64,000 bases of DNA. It comes from a virus. This document shows, piece by piece, positions 39,008-49,449 of the stretch; the stretch's first letter is position 1; each line of letters begins with the position of its first letter. A program made the position numbers and the translations under genes. The DNA is taken from positions 1-64,000 of IMG/VR virus record IMGVR_UViG_3300027747_002377; one strand, written 5' to 3'. The notes under the pieces are model-generated. The model had not been told where the DNA came from, ran no database searches, and saw only the letters and a list, made by a program, of their open reading frames with translations.

Positions 39008-41650
39008 ATGACAAGATTTGTACTTGACCTTGAGTCCAACGGTCTGCTGCCGACCATGGACAAAATTCATTGTATTGTCCTTTATGATCTAGACAAACAA
39101 GAGTATATTAGCTGCGCTGATCAACCTGGATATAAACCATTAAGTTATGCTATTGAGTGTATCCAACAGGCTACACTCTTGGTGGGTCATAACGTAATTA
39201 AGTTTGATATTCCTGCTCTCAAAAAGATTTACCCTGATCTCATACTGAGTCCGGATTGCACTTATTTTGATACGCTTATCACCAGTAGGTTGTTCTGGCC
39301 GGAGCTTGAGCCAGTTGATCACGCTAAGTACAGTCACATAGAACGTAAGTACTTTGGTAGGCATTCATTGGCTGCCTGGGGTGAACGTCTTGGCGTAAGT
39401 AAAATTGACTTTAAGGCTGAGTTAAAAGAACAAGAGGAAGAAGTTAAGAACGTATGGGAATCTTGGTCCGCCACCATGCAAACTTACTGCATGGCAGGCC
39501 ACCACAAGTTTTTGCGTGACGATTTAAGTTGGGTCCCGTGCAAAGATATACACGAAGGTGACACAATTTTAGGGTTTGACGAGTTTCCAGAAAAACAAAC
39601 TGGTCGGTGTTTTAAGCCTACAAAAATATTAAAAAAAACAACAGATCAAGCTGAACTGTTTCGCGTTACTTTGAAATCAGGAAAAACTTTTGATGTCACA
39701 GCTGAACATAAGTGGTTGGTAAGAAACTACAAATCACGTTCATCTTTGCAAAACCCTTTTGAAACCAGAACTCAACTAGTTTGGGCGGAAACTAAAGATT
39801 TAATGGCATCAAAATGTTTTGCAATTAAATATATGAATACTTGGGAAGATGTAAAAACATGGGAGGCAGGTTATCTTGCAGGAATTTTTGACGGCGAAGG
39901 CAATGTTAGAAGGCATCAGAAGTGGGACCGCCTTGATTATTCTTTTGCGCAAAAACCTGGTGTGGTGCACGATTTAGCGTGCAAAATTATTAATAATTTG
40001 GGTTTCAGATATACTACAAGAAAAGTAATGAATACTGGTGATTGCGATTGTATTAGAGTTGTAGGCACTTGTTATGAAAAGCTTAGATTGTTGGGCATGA
40101 TTAAGCCTGTTCGATTAATTAAAAATGCGCAACCTTTTGAGCGCCTTGGAAGGTGTGAAGTCAAGGGTGAAGGGGATTTTGATGAAATTGTTTCGGTTAT
40201 TTCTATCGGAATGGACGTAATTTATAAGATAAGTACTGATACTAAAACATTTGTTTTAGATGGCTATGCTCACCACAACTGTGAAGGTGACATTAAAGTT
40301 TCTATACGTCTGTATGACTACATGCTCAGCCAACAAGCTGACCCACGATCAGTAGAGCTAGAGCATCAATTTGCTTTAGTAATGGCAAAACAAGAACAAT
40401 TTGGATTTCCTTTTAATGAGAAAGCGGCCTTCGCATTGGTTAACACACTCAAAGCCAAGAGGACTGAGATCAACGACCGCCTCCAGGAAGTGTTCCCATC
40501 TATCGTCGAGGAACGGTGGTCAACTAAGACGGGTAAACGGCTTAAGAACAAGGTGCAGATCTTTAATCCAGGTTCTAGGCAGCAAACTTCTGAGCGGCTT
40601 AAGGCGCTTTACCCAGAAATTACTTTCGACACCACGGAGAAAGGGAATCCTCAGGTAGATGATGATGTGCTGGAAAAGCTTGGCACAAAGTATCCTGAAG
40701 CTAAACTACTAGCTGAGTACCAAACGCTAAACAAACGACTTGGACAAATCGCAGAAGGAAAAGAAGCCTGGCTTAAGCACGTTCAGGTTTATGGCGATGG
40801 TCGAATTCATGGTGAAGTCATCACCAATGCTTGCATCAGTGGTAGGTGCAGCCACAAGCGTCCAAACATGGCGCAGGTACCCAGTGTTGGCCACGCTTAT
40901 GGTTCTGAATGTCGGGCTCTTTTTTATGCTCCTGATGGGTGGAAATTAGTTGGCGCCGACGCATCAGGACTTGAGTTACGTGCACTCGGAGCATGGCTTG
41001 CCTACTTCGACGAAGGAGATTATGCAAGGCTTGTTAGTGACCCTGCTGTCGATATTCATAGTTACAACGCTCGTATGTTCGGTATTTATAGTGGTGATAA
41101 CCCTATAACAAAAGCCGAAAGGGACCTATCAAAGAAGCTAATCTTTGCTCTTGCTTATGGTGCTGGCGCAAAAAAAGTTGGTAGTATCGTACTGCCTTTT
41201 GGAAGTGAAGATGAACAATATAAACAAGGTAAAAAAACAATGGAAACGTTCTACGATAACCTTCCTGCTATTAAGCAACTAAAAGATCTCATTGAGAAGC
41301 GCGTTAATGAGAAAGGATACTTAACTGGGATCGACGGCAGAAGGCTACAGATCAGATCAAAGCATGCTGCCCTGAACCAATTGCTCCAGAGTACCGGGGC
41401 AATAGCAGTTAAGAAAGCTACATGTATTTTGTATGAGGACTTAAAAACTATTGGATTAGAGTTCGGCAAACACTGGGGTTATGTTGCACACGTCCATGAT
41501 GAATTTCAAGCACTCGTTCTCCCAGCTTATGTAGAAACTTATATGAAGGTGGCAATTGATTCCTTTAAGAAAGCTGGTGAGTACTTTAACCTAAAGTGTC
41601 CACTGACAGGTGAGGCCAGGGTAGGACAGAACTGGATGGAAAGCCACTAA
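39008..41650 (+). CDS. polA: Family A (T7-like) DNA polymerase with 3'-5' exonuclease, intein-containing
   Basis: ExoI DLESNG, ExoII GHNVIKFD, motif A DASGLELR, motif B KKLIFALAYG, motif C HVHDE. Confidence 0.95.
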   Translation: MTRFVLDLESNGLLPTMDKIHCIVLYDLDKQEYISCADQPGYKPLSYAIECIQQATLLVGHNVIKFDIPALKKIYPDLILSPDCTYFDTLITSRLFWPELEPVDHAKYSHIERKYFGRHSLAAWGERLGVSKIDFKAELKEQEEEVKNVWESWSATMQTYCMAGHHKFLRDDLSWVPCKDIHEGDTILGFDEFPEKQTGRCFKPTKILKKTTDQAELFRVTLKSGKTFDVTAEHKWLVRNYKSRSSLQNPFETRTQLVWAETKDLMASKCFAIKYMNTWEDVKTWEAGYLAGIFDGEGNVRRHQKWDRLDYSFAQKPGVVHDLACKIINNLGFRYTTRKVMNTGDCDCIRVVGTCYEKLRLLGMIKPVRLIKNAQPFERLGRCEVKGEGDFDEIVSVISIGMDVIYKISTDTKTFVLDGYAHHNCEGDIKVSIRLYDYMLSQQADPRSVELEHQFALVMAKQEQFGFPFNEKAAFALVNTLKAKRTEINDRLQEVFPSIVEERWSTKTGKRLKNKVQIFNPGSRQQTSERLKALYPEITFDTTEKGNPQVDDDVLEKLGTKYPEAKLLAEYQTLNKRLGQIAEGKEAWLKHVQVYGDGRIHGEVITNACISGRCSHKRPNMAQVPSVGHAYGSECRALFYAPDGWKLVGADASGLELRALGAWLAYFDEGDYARLVSDPAVDIHSYNARMFGIYSGDNPITKAERDLSKKLIFALAYGAGAKKVGSIVLPFGSEDEQYKQGKKTMETFYDNLPAIKQLKDLIEKRVNEKGYLTGIDGRRLQIRSKHAALNQLLQSTGAIAVKKATCILYEDLKTIGLEFGKHWGYVAHVHDEFQALVLPAYVETYMKVAIDSFKKAGEYFNLKCPLTGEARVGQNWMESH
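39488..40279 (+). mobile_element. Intein (264 aa) with LAGLIDADG endonuclease, in the ExoIII motif of the polymerase
   Basis: Y|CMAGHH...TAEHKW...YLAGIFDGEG...AHHN|CEGD. Confidence 0.92.
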
Positions 41651-42066
41651 CCAGTAATTGGTCCGCCATATAACCAGGCGTCACAGGTTCTGGCGCCAGC
41701 GCACTTGAATTTAAACAGCTGGCAATAACCAAGGTCAGCTAAATCTTCAACAGCATGAGGGTCTGCTGCAGCATGTTCATTGATCCCTTCAATAATGCAC
41801 TCCATTAGCTTAGGAGACTGGTCAAAAGCTGCACAGTTACAGCACTTAGCAGTCTGTGCTGTGCTCACATCTGTATGCCACATGTCAGCTTTGTTCTCCC
41901 AGAAACCTTGATCTGGATAATCTGGATTCAATGGACCATAACCAAAATTATCAATGGTCCAGTTACGGTTCTTAATATTTTCCTTGATGTCATGGGTAGG
42001 CGTAGGACAGACATCGGAAACCTGGCTTACTTTTTTGTTAAGTAAAACTTCTGTTTTGAAATTCAT
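41647..42066 (-). CDS. Cys-rich conserved phage protein
   Basis: YGPLNP, CCNCAAF, GYCQLFKFKCAGARTCDAW. Confidence 0.65.
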   Translation of the reverse strand: MNFKTEVLLNKKVSQVSDVCPTPTHDIKENIKNRNWTIDNFGYGPLNPDYPDQGFWENKADMWHTDVSTAQTAKCCNCAAFDQSPKLMECIIEGINEHAAADPHAVEDLADLGYCQLFKFKCAGARTCDAWLYGGPITG

Positions 42067-42269
42067 TTGTTTTTTGCCTTGTGTTTCTTGGCTAATTGTA
42101 CTGCCTTAGTTGCTCTTTCGGTATTAGGTACAAATTGTTTTCCTTCTCTACTGCCTAAACGTTTTTTGCGGTCAGTCTCCTCCCTTTCTTCCTTGGATAA
42201 CGAAGCCCACGCTTTCTCTGGGAGATACCTTTTTGTATAGCCAGATTGAATTGCTTTGTCAGCAGTCAT
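42063..42269 (-). CDS. Basic protein resembling the C-terminal half of DUF5872
   Basis: RYLPEKAWASLS..E...T.RKKR motif. Confidence 0.6.
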   Translation of the reverse strand: MTADKAIQSGYTKRYLPEKAWASLSKEEREETDRKKRLGSREGKQFVPNTERATKAVQLAKKHKAKNK

Positions 42270-42538
42270 CGTTTTGATTCTTTGTGGGCTTTGGCTTTAG
42301 CTTTGGCTTTAGATCTTTTTTCATATTGATCTTTTGTTTGCCACTTTTCTTCTCCCCATTTTTCTAAGGATTTTTGTTTCTCATTCTTACCACCTTTATA
42401 ACCGCCTCCTTCTTTTTCATATTCCTGTGCAACAAGCTGAGCTTTACGCGCTGACCATTGACCTGGCTTCCCACCTTTAGACCCAGCCATGATGCGTTTT
42501 TTAATTTGCTCACGCAGTTCAGGCTTAGTGTAAGACAC
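42266..42538 (-). CDS. Basic protein resembling the N-terminal half of DUF5872
   Basis: YTKPELRE...GGKPGQWSARKAQLVAQEY...GGGY. Confidence 0.65.
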   Translation of the reverse strand: MSYTKPELREQIKKRIMAGSKGGKPGQWSARKAQLVAQEYEKEGGGYKGGKNEKQKSLEKWGEEKWQTKDQYEKRSKAKAKAKAHKESKR

Positions 42539-42604
42539 TGTTTAATATTTCTTTTCTCTTGTAATCCTACCAAGTCCTAGTATACTCCTGTCAAATCAAC
42601 TGAT

Positions 42605-43063
42605 ATGCAAATGATGGAAGCACGTGATTATGTTTGGCACCAGCGGTTTATGAAGCTGGCTGACCAAGTGGCAAAGTGGAGTAAGGATCCATCAACGAAA
42701 GTTGGTTGTGTCCTCATAAAGGATCGTCGAATTATTTCAACTGGTTTCAATGGGTTCCCAAGGGGCATCAATGATGATATAAATAGGTTGATGGACCGTG
42801 AGAAAAAGTATGAGCTTACGATCCACGCAGAAACAAATGCGATCATTACAGCTGCAATTCATGGTGTTAGTACCGATGGTTGTAGTGCTTATGTCACTAT
42901 GCATCCATGCAGCAGGTGTTCTGCGGCACTTATCAATGCTGGAATCAAAGATGTTTATGTGAAGGGTTGTAAGGACATTCCTGAGCGCTGGTTAGAGAAT
43001 TTTATTTTGGCTTCTAAGCTTCTTGAAGAAGCTGGTATACCCCTGGTTGCAGTCGATCTTTAG
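42605..43063 (+). CDS. dCMP deaminase
   Basis: SKDPSTKVG, TGFNGFPRG, HAETNA, PCSRC. Confidence 0.92.
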   Translation: MQMMEARDYVWHQRFMKLADQVAKWSKDPSTKVGCVLIKDRRIISTGFNGFPRGINDDINRLMDREKKYELTIHAETNAIITAAIHGVSTDGCSAYVTMHPCSRCSAALINAGIKDVYVKGCKDIPERWLENFILASKLLEEAGIPLVAVDL

Positions 43064-43107
43064 ACTGCTACACTGTCCACATCCATTTGCACACCTGACT
43101 TAAAGAC

Positions 43108-43842
43108 ATGAATTCTTTTGTTGGAATCGGTACCTACACCGGAGAGAGTTACCACGACAGTGGGCTCCGGTTCATGGGAATCAGCCTGCCAAAGGTAGGT
43201 AAGAGTGGTTCAGATGTACCACTTCTTATGGTACCCAATAAAGCAGCAGGCGAAACTTTTGACGTGTTCCAACCAGGGGTACGACTCCTGCTGGGAGGAA
43301 GGCTCTACCCAAACCGTCAAGATTACAAAATGTATCTGGTGCCAAACCAGCCACTGCAATTAGTTAATGACAAATCATTACAACTGAACCGCGTAAACCT
43401 TGCTGGTGGTGTCGGGTTCATCCCAGAGCAGGCAAAGGAGGATCTGTTTACGTTTACAACCATGGTGTCTGCTCCGGCGCAGATGATCCTTGGTCACAAC
43501 TGGGAAGACAGCCTCAGCTTCCGCATGGAGTCCTGGGGTGACGATGCTAAAAGGCTGACCTCCTTGCTCCACGTGGGCCGCCAGTTGAGCGTGGAGGGAG
43601 TGTTGCGCTATAACCTATGGCAGGCCCAGGACGGCTCTCAGCGTGGCACCTACCAGATAAGAGTGCGGGCTGGAATGTACTCCGTCTTTGGCAAGAATAA
43701 GAACAGGGAGGAGCAGGCGAAGGTTAAGAATGAGTTAAGTGAGGAGAATTTGTGTTCACCTGCTTCCGTTTCAAAGCCACCTGCTCAACCGGCTCGAAAA
43801 GCCTATGCCCCTACCGTTGACGAAGACTCTGTTCCGTTCTAA
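43108..43842 (+). CDS. Tandem OB-fold SSB-like protein
   Basis: Two SSB-like halves, acidic tail ending DEDSVPF. Confidence 0.65.
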   Translation: MNSFVGIGTYTGESYHDSGLRFMGISLPKVGKSGSDVPLLMVPNKAAGETFDVFQPGVRLLLGGRLYPNRQDYKMYLVPNQPLQLVNDKSLQLNRVNLAGGVGFIPEQAKEDLFTFTTMVSAPAQMILGHNWEDSLSFRMESWGDDAKRLTSLLHVGRQLSVEGVLRYNLWQAQDGSQRGTYQIRVRAGMYSVFGKNKNREEQAKVKNELSEENLCSPASVSKPPAQPARKAYAPTVDEDSVPF

Positions 43843-43983
43843 GGTCTGATCCAGTGGTGTGAGTCCTGCCTGTCTCGTACAGGCTTTCTTCCCCAGGCCA
43901 GTGCCAGGCAGACGTAAGTCTTGTCCTGTGTAGGTGTAACTCCTGCTCTGGGTGCCGTTCCTCTTGCCATTCCTCTGAACGTA

Positions 43984-44913
43984 ATGTCTGTTCTTGATCG
44001 CTACAAAAACACTGAGAAGTACCAAGGAGTGCTTCGTGATTTCTGCAACTGTCAGATCCTCAATGACAAGTCCAAGCCAGGGCTTTTCCTGAAGGACACA
44101 GTGCTTGCACGTATCGGCTGGTCCGGTACTGCCGACATGTTCCCCGATGCCGAGGAATATGAGCACACCTACAACAATGGTGACTCCAATAAGGGTGTCT
44201 TCTTTAAGACCCCGCGCATGATCATCCTGCATTGCGGGTTCCGTAAGGACGTAACCTTCATTGAGAACTCAGATAAAGGAGGGATCGAAGGCCTCTACCC
44301 ACGGGATTCCATTCTGTATGACGATTGGCAAGAGCAGAACCCAGACAAGCCAAGCCCTTACAAGCGCCGTCGTCTGGTCCTGACGTTCCTTGTAAACGAA
44401 AAGGGTAGCCCGGTTCACAAGAAGCCGATGCTCCTTTCAATCCATGGGGGTGCATCTAACCTGTTCACCGATGCTTACGGCACCTTCATCGAGCAGCTTG
44501 AATCAGCTTTTGCTGAGTACGCAGGCTCTAAAGGTGGCTCAGGGTTTGACCCCAAGCAAGCCGCTGCTGCGATCTTTACTCCTACCTTTGGAGCACAGCA
44601 GTACGGCGAAAAACAAAAGAGCTGGATTGCTTTCCCTAAGTCTTGGGTAGTCCCTACCGCCAAGACCATTGAGCAGTTCTTCCCTGCTGCCGACGACGAC
44701 ATCGACTTCATTGAAGATGTCTGGGAGACCTGTCCTCCTGAGGTGTACGCAAAATCCTTCTTCCAGCAATGTGAGAAGGAGATTGGTCATCACGCAATCA
44801 AGCCAGGACTTGATTTCACACTGCCAGCCATCGGTGAATCTACTGACAGGGGTGGTATGAAGTCCCTGTTCGGCGCCAGGGATGCTGATACCGGTGAAAT
44901 TGAGTTGACCTGA
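43984..44913 (+). CDS. DUF5895-like protein (possible ssDNA-binding/recombination factor)
   Basis: CQILND..PGLF...L.RIGW motif; between SSB-like and Gp157-like genes. Confidence 0.45.
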   Translation: MSVLDRYKNTEKYQGVLRDFCNCQILNDKSKPGLFLKDTVLARIGWSGTADMFPDAEEYEHTYNNGDSNKGVFFKTPRMIILHCGFRKDVTFIENSDKGGIEGLYPRDSILYDDWQEQNPDKPSPYKRRRLVLTFLVNEKGSPVHKKPMLLSIHGGASNLFTDAYGTFIEQLESAFAEYAGSKGGSGFDPKQAAAAIFTPTFGAQQYGEKQKSWIAFPKSWVVPTAKTIEQFFPAADDDIDFIEDVWETCPPEVYAKSFFQQCEKEIGHHAIKPGLDFTLPAIGESTDRGGMKSLFGARDADTGEIELT

Positions 44914-44932
44914 TCAACCCTCAGTAAGTAAC

Positions 44933-44957
44933 AGCCGTCCGAAAGGGCGGCTTTTTT
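44933..44957 (+). terminator. Rho-independent terminator
   Basis: AGCCGTCC-GAAA-GGGCGGCT-TTTTT. Confidence 0.85.
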
Positions 44958-44962
44958 ATTGA

Positions 44963-45208
44963 CTACTCAGCGTATTTTTTGAATAGTGCTTCTGTTTCTA
45001 GTTTCACTAACTTCATGCACAGCCCACGAATTACTCCCTGGCGTTGAGTAGCCAACTCAACAAGCTTACTTGCAATCTCACGTAACTCCTGCTTGCTATC
45101 AGTCTTCTCAATTGTTTGCTTTAGTTTGGCAGCAAAAAAACTATCCTCTATTGTTTCACGAAAATCTGCAAAATCAGATTGATCCTCGACCAGCTCAAAC
45201 TTTGACAT
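44963..45208 (-). CDS. NblA-like phycobilisome degradation adaptor (tentative)
   Basis: T-I-E-D-S-F...ELRE.A..L...RQ..IR.L two-helix pattern. Confidence 0.4.
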   Translation of the reverse strand: MSKFELVEDQSDFADFRETIEDSFFAAKLKQTIEKTDSKQELREIASKLVELATQRQGVIRGLCMKLVKLETEALFKKYAE

Positions 45209-45510
45209 AGGTGTCGAGCATTTTGTTTACTGTAAGGCAGTACGCGCAGAAGTCAAGTTTAAACAAAATTTAACTTGACCTGCGCCCCTGAAACCCTAGA
45301 CTACCACTGTCTTTTCTCGTCACCATGGCATCACCAAAGAAGGCAGGATCCGGTTCTAGCTTCGTTGTCCACAATGCAAAACGCACATCCATTGGTCAGG
45401 GTCTACGCAAGCGTGGTTCCTGGAACGTCCAACGCAAAAAGCCAAGCCGAGGGCAAGGCAAAGGTTGATTAACAACCTAGTCCAAATACTTTGCACACCA
45501 CCTGAACGTA

Positions 45511-46395
45511 ATGCTTGTACTTGAAAGTCAACTAACCAAAGCACAAAATTTAATCTATGGACGCAAAAGGATTGTTGATTCTTTCTATCAGCTAGATCCT
45601 GACAAGTTCCATGGCCTCACGCCAACTGATATCAACTCGATTTCACTCCAGGGTGATGAGGTTGTGTGTGAGGTCGATGGTTCCCAACTCTCGTTAGGGC
45701 GCCGACATGTGCTTAAAAATTTTCTAGAGCACAGAACACGCACTCCTTCATTCTTTGATTACAAGGTTTGGAACCAGTACAAAATTAAAGATTCTGATGA
45801 TGGTATTCCTGTTGCTGCTCTTGATTACTCTGGTGATCAGACACACGCTGCTCTTGCTCCTCATATCGGTAGGCCGCCTAAAATCTTGACAGACAAAAAT
45901 GGCGAACAAAAGATTTACTTCATAAAGACAAAAGAACAACAATGCAGTTGTCCTTCCTGGGCTCAATTAAATGAACATAGGGAAGAGTTATCAGCAGAGT
46001 TTAATCAGTTCACAGGTACTGAATTTGTACCAGTTTGTAAACACATGCAATGGCATAATTCTAATCTGCAGTTAGAGTATTTACGTTTTACTGTACAAGA
46101 ACAGTCCAGGAAACGTGGATACAACTTACATATGTGTGTTTATCACTTTGATTATCGACTTGGGCGCTTATTGTATCGAGTTACTAATGATGGATTGAAG
46201 GACAAAATGGAGTGGCTTCCTAAAGATCACTGGAAAGAACAAGCTGTTTATGATGCAGCGCACACTCCAACTGGTAACTGTTGGAAAGTTTTTACCAAGG
46301 CACTGTCTCATGACCCTGCTTATCAGTTAATTCAATACAGTCAATCTGTTGCCCACATCATGGGTCAAATCAACGCACGCAACTCTACTCACTGA
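45511..46395 (+). CDS. SWIM Zn-finger protein
   Basis: CSC...CKH. Confidence 0.65.
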   Translation: MLVLESQLTKAQNLIYGRKRIVDSFYQLDPDKFHGLTPTDINSISLQGDEVVCEVDGSQLSLGRRHVLKNFLEHRTRTPSFFDYKVWNQYKIKDSDDGIPVAALDYSGDQTHAALAPHIGRPPKILTDKNGEQKIYFIKTKEQQCSCPSWAQLNEHREELSAEFNQFTGTEFVPVCKHMQWHNSNLQLEYLRFTVQEQSRKRGYNLHMCVYHFDYRLGRLLYRVTNDGLKDKMEWLPKDHWKEQAVYDAAHTPTGNCWKVFTKALSHDPAYQLIQYSQSVAHIMGQINARNSTH

Positions 46396-46399
46396 TACC

Positions 46400-46999
46400 A
46401 TGGCTGACAAACAAAGCTACCTGCAACTTTCTGAATCCATTCAACACGTCACTTTCTTGAAGGATCTTCCTGATGTAAGTGAAGATGAGAAGTCTGAACT
46501 ACAAACACACATCAAAGATCTTGCCTCCAGGCAGGAAAATAAGTTTGATAACATCATTGGAATGATAAAGAAGTGTGATGCCTACATAGAGGCATTGGAG
46601 AATGAGATGGAAGAAATTAAAAACAACCGTGATGCGTGGAAACGCAACAAAGAAAACCTTATTAAGATCATTAAGTTTGCTTATCAACAGAACCTAATAA
46701 GTAATACGCCTACTGGTAACAAGTATCAAGCAACTATTAGGCCCGTTAAACCTAGGTTGGTTGATAACTTTGACCAGTGGACAGATCCGGACAGAGCTGA
46801 GTACGGCCTAAGGAAGATCACAACCCTGGTACGGATCAAGGATGAGACAGTCCTGGAGTCCAAGCAGGAGGAGCTGCCTGATAAGGACCGTCTGCGGAAA
46901 GACATCCTTGCCAACCAAGAGAAGGCCCCTGCCGTAGCTCAACTTGTCCCAGGGTACAGCCTGGTCTATGAACGGAGGAAGAGGTTAACCTCCTCATAA
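46400..46999 (+). CDS. Siphovirus Gp157-like protein
   Basis: Coiled coil KFDNI..MIK...E...IK; PDKDRLRK C-terminus. Confidence 0.55.
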   Translation: MADKQSYLQLSESIQHVTFLKDLPDVSEDEKSELQTHIKDLASRQENKFDNIIGMIKKCDAYIEALENEMEEIKNNRDAWKRNKENLIKIIKFAYQQNLISNTPTGNKYQATIRPVKPRLVDNFDQWTDPDRAEYGLRKITTLVRIKDETVLESKQEELPDKDRLRKDILANQEKAPAVAQLVPGYSLVYERRKRLTSS

Positions 47000-47017
47000 C
47001 AACATGTTGAAATGTTA

Positions 47018-47050
47018 AAGCCCCTGGCACTCCTGCCCAGGGGCCTTTAT
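47018..47050 (+). terminator. Probable terminator hairpin
   Basis: GCCCCTGG...CCAGGGGC followed by CTTTATT. Confidence 0.55.
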
Positions 47051-47449
47051 TATGCCTTCAGTTCAACCCTTCCTTTGAGCCATGAACGATCCGCTTCAGT
47101 ACACACCAGAAGAATTTACTGATAGGTTCCGAACCACGAGTCGGAATACCCTCAATTTAATGTCAGTGTTCATAGAAGAACTTGTTGTTGCTGAAACACG
47201 TTTTAAAGATTGTGCTAGTTTCTACCCTGAATACTCCTTTAAAAATCTGTATGAAGTAACAAGTGACATGATGTACCATACCCAACGTTTGTTCAATAAA
47301 GAAGAAGAAGGAGGAGAAGAAACTAAGATTGAAGGATTTTCATGCAACAATATGGGAGAGTTTCGTGTAATGATGAAAGGTCTTCTTTATGAAGTCGTTA
47401 TGGAATGTTTTGATATCGCAATAGAAGCAGTTAATGCTGAGGAGAAAAA

Positions 47450-47659
47450 ATGACTAAGCACGGTTGGAAGTACTTTGACACAGTTGATGAAGAAGGTGTC
47501 ATTACCTTTCCTGAAGAAGTCCTGAAACGTCTTGGCTGGTATGAAGGTATTGAGTTAGATTGTATTCCACAAAAAGACGGATCAATTCTTATCAGAGCCG
47601 TAGGTAACACTAATGAAAAAGAAGTACAGGGACCGACTGAGGAGACGGTTGTTGCTTAA
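47450..47659 (+). CDS. AbrB-like DNA-binding protein
   Basis: ITFPEEVLKRLGWYEG.EL...DGSILIR. Confidence 0.7.
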   Translation: MTKHGWKYFDTVDEEGVITFPEEVLKRLGWYEGIELDCIPQKDGSILIRAVGNTNEKEVQGPTEETVVA

Positions 47660-47801
47660 CATCATCTCCTTTATTGGGCAAAAGAAAAGTGATGACTACA
47701 TTCGTGGGTATGAAGAATGCCTTCGTAATGTAGAAAGTTACTTAGGGGAGGTAGAACTTTATATAAATAATTCTGCTGAATAAAGTTTAACTTGTAAGCA
47801 C

Positions 47802-47841
47802 AAGTCCGTCTCCTCTATCATTTAAAGGGGACGGATTTTTT
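47802..47841 (+). terminator. Probable terminator
   Basis: GTCCGTCTCCT...AGGGGACGGA-TTTTTT. Confidence 0.6.
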
Positions 47842-48111
47842 ACTTCTCTGTTGCTACCATGAAAAACAAAGCTAAAGCCTCATCAACACAGCCGGAATGG
47901 GTATGTAATGAGTGTGGAGAAAAGTATGGAACCTGGTACCAAGGCGGTGAGTACAGTGGACCTAAACATCTGATGTCCACTATGCATGAGGACATGTGCG
48001 ATGTCTGCCACAAAATTAGCGTATGTACTGAAGCCAGGGACTATGGTTACTTGATCAAAGCCTGGCTTACAGCAGATAGAGAAAAGCTTTAACACAGTGT
48101 CTGCTTATCAG

Positions 48112-49449
48112 TTACCTACTTATTTCTTCCCAATCTACAGAAGCAAAAACACTCCCGCCATTGTCACTTGCGACGACAAGTGTTGACTCAAAAGCAGTTG
48201 AAGTAAATGTATTCCTTTCCAATTGAAACTTAAATAAAGCTTCTTTTAATATATCTACAGAAGTGGTGCTCTGATTTGATGCAGAAAAATAACCACTTGC
48301 CAACGTTCTACCGTTTGCAAAACTTGTTCCTGTAATGTTGTATTCAACAGCTGAGTCAGATCCTGCACTAACCCAAGTGCCTGCAGTTGTTGTACCTGAG
48401 GCAATAACTTTCCAGTTATAGTTAACCCCATTACCTGTGCCCAGTAAAGATAGGGCGGTCAAAATTACAATTGCATCTAAAAAATTTGGTGATGCTTTAA
48501 GACGAATTGAAATAATTGGATAGTACGTACCAGCAGTTGAAGTTGTTCTTGCCGCTGTAATAGGTATTGATACTGATTGCTGTAATCCGCGTAGCTCGTA
48601 GCCACCTTCTGATATTACAGTGGAACAAATCTGTTTTAGTATGCTGCTGCCTGATGTTGTTCCAGTGTTCTCAATCTCGTAACGCAACGGCAGCGATGCA
48701 GTTGTAATATAGGTTGACGTTATTAAATTTGCGTGATGGAATTGATGGCAAAGTATGAATTTACCGTCAATAACAAAGCCCATTCTTACCGTACCTAAAC
48801 CAAGCCACTCGATATCCATCCATAAAATCTGTGCCTTAGTAATATCTAAGGTCATTTTTGATGGTCCTGTGCCATCCATCTTGTCGTAATTCCAAGATGA
48901 TTGATTTACTTTTGTATCTACAGTAGATCCAGACACATAACTACGTTCAACAAATGACAGAACTGTTCCACCTGTTCCATCTAGCTCCAGAAACATTCCA
49001 TTTTGATCCCCGTAGTAACCTAACCGCTGCCTAAGGTTTGCTTTTGCTGAAGACATTACAAATGTAGTCATCACCAGTAAAGACTTACCAGGTAAATAGG
49101 GTAATACTTTTGTTGTTTCTCGGTAAACTTTGGAACCAGAAGTAGTTGTAACGCTTAGCTCTACTAGACCTTGATTTGCACTAAATGCTGCTGCACCACC
49201 GGTTGCCGTTAACGTGTTCCAAAGTCCGTTGTCTTTATAACGATGGCTAGAATCGAACAACGTTAGCGGATTAGACACCCTGAGGCGACCAAAAGCATCC
49301 AGTGCTGCTGACTTGGTTCCGGTGCCAGGGTCTGTAGTTACACTGATTGGCTGGCCAGTAAGGGCAACGTTTGTAGGGGCATCGTTATATGGGGACATCT
49401 TGATGACTTCATAACGATTGAAGTCCGTTGAATCGATAATGGTTGCCAC
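48112..49449 (-). CDS. Putative virion structural protein (DAFGRLRVS family, beta-sandwich)
   Basis: DAFGRLRVSNPLTLFDS, DIEWLGLGTVRMGF, LPLRYEI motifs. Confidence 0.65.
   Translation of the reverse strand: MATIIDSTDFNRYEVIKMSPYNDAPTNVALTGQPISVTTDPGTGTKSAALDAFGRLRVSNPLTLFDSSHRYKDNGLWNTLTATGGAAAFSANQGLVELSVTTTSGSKVYRETTKVLPYLPGKSLLVMTTFVMSSAKANLRQRLGYYGDQNGMFLELDGTGGTVLSFVERSYVSGSTVDTKVNQSSWNYDKMDGTGPSKMTLDITKAQILWMDIEWLGLGTVRMGFVIDGKFILCHQFHHANLITSTYITTASLPLRYEIENTGTTSGSSILKQICSTVISEGGYELRGLQQSVSIPITAARTTSTAGTYYPIISIRLKASPNFLDAIVILTALSLLGTGNGVNYNWKVIASGTTTAGTWVSAGSDSAVEYNITGTSFANGRTLASGYFSASNQSTTSVDILKEALFKFQLERNTFTSTAFESTLVVASDNGGSVFASVDWEEISR

Noticed and set aside
43892-43952. Bona fide tRNA gene
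   Set aside because: No D-arm, no 7-nt anticodon loop and no GTTC; I found no canonical tRNA anywhere in the window by eye.
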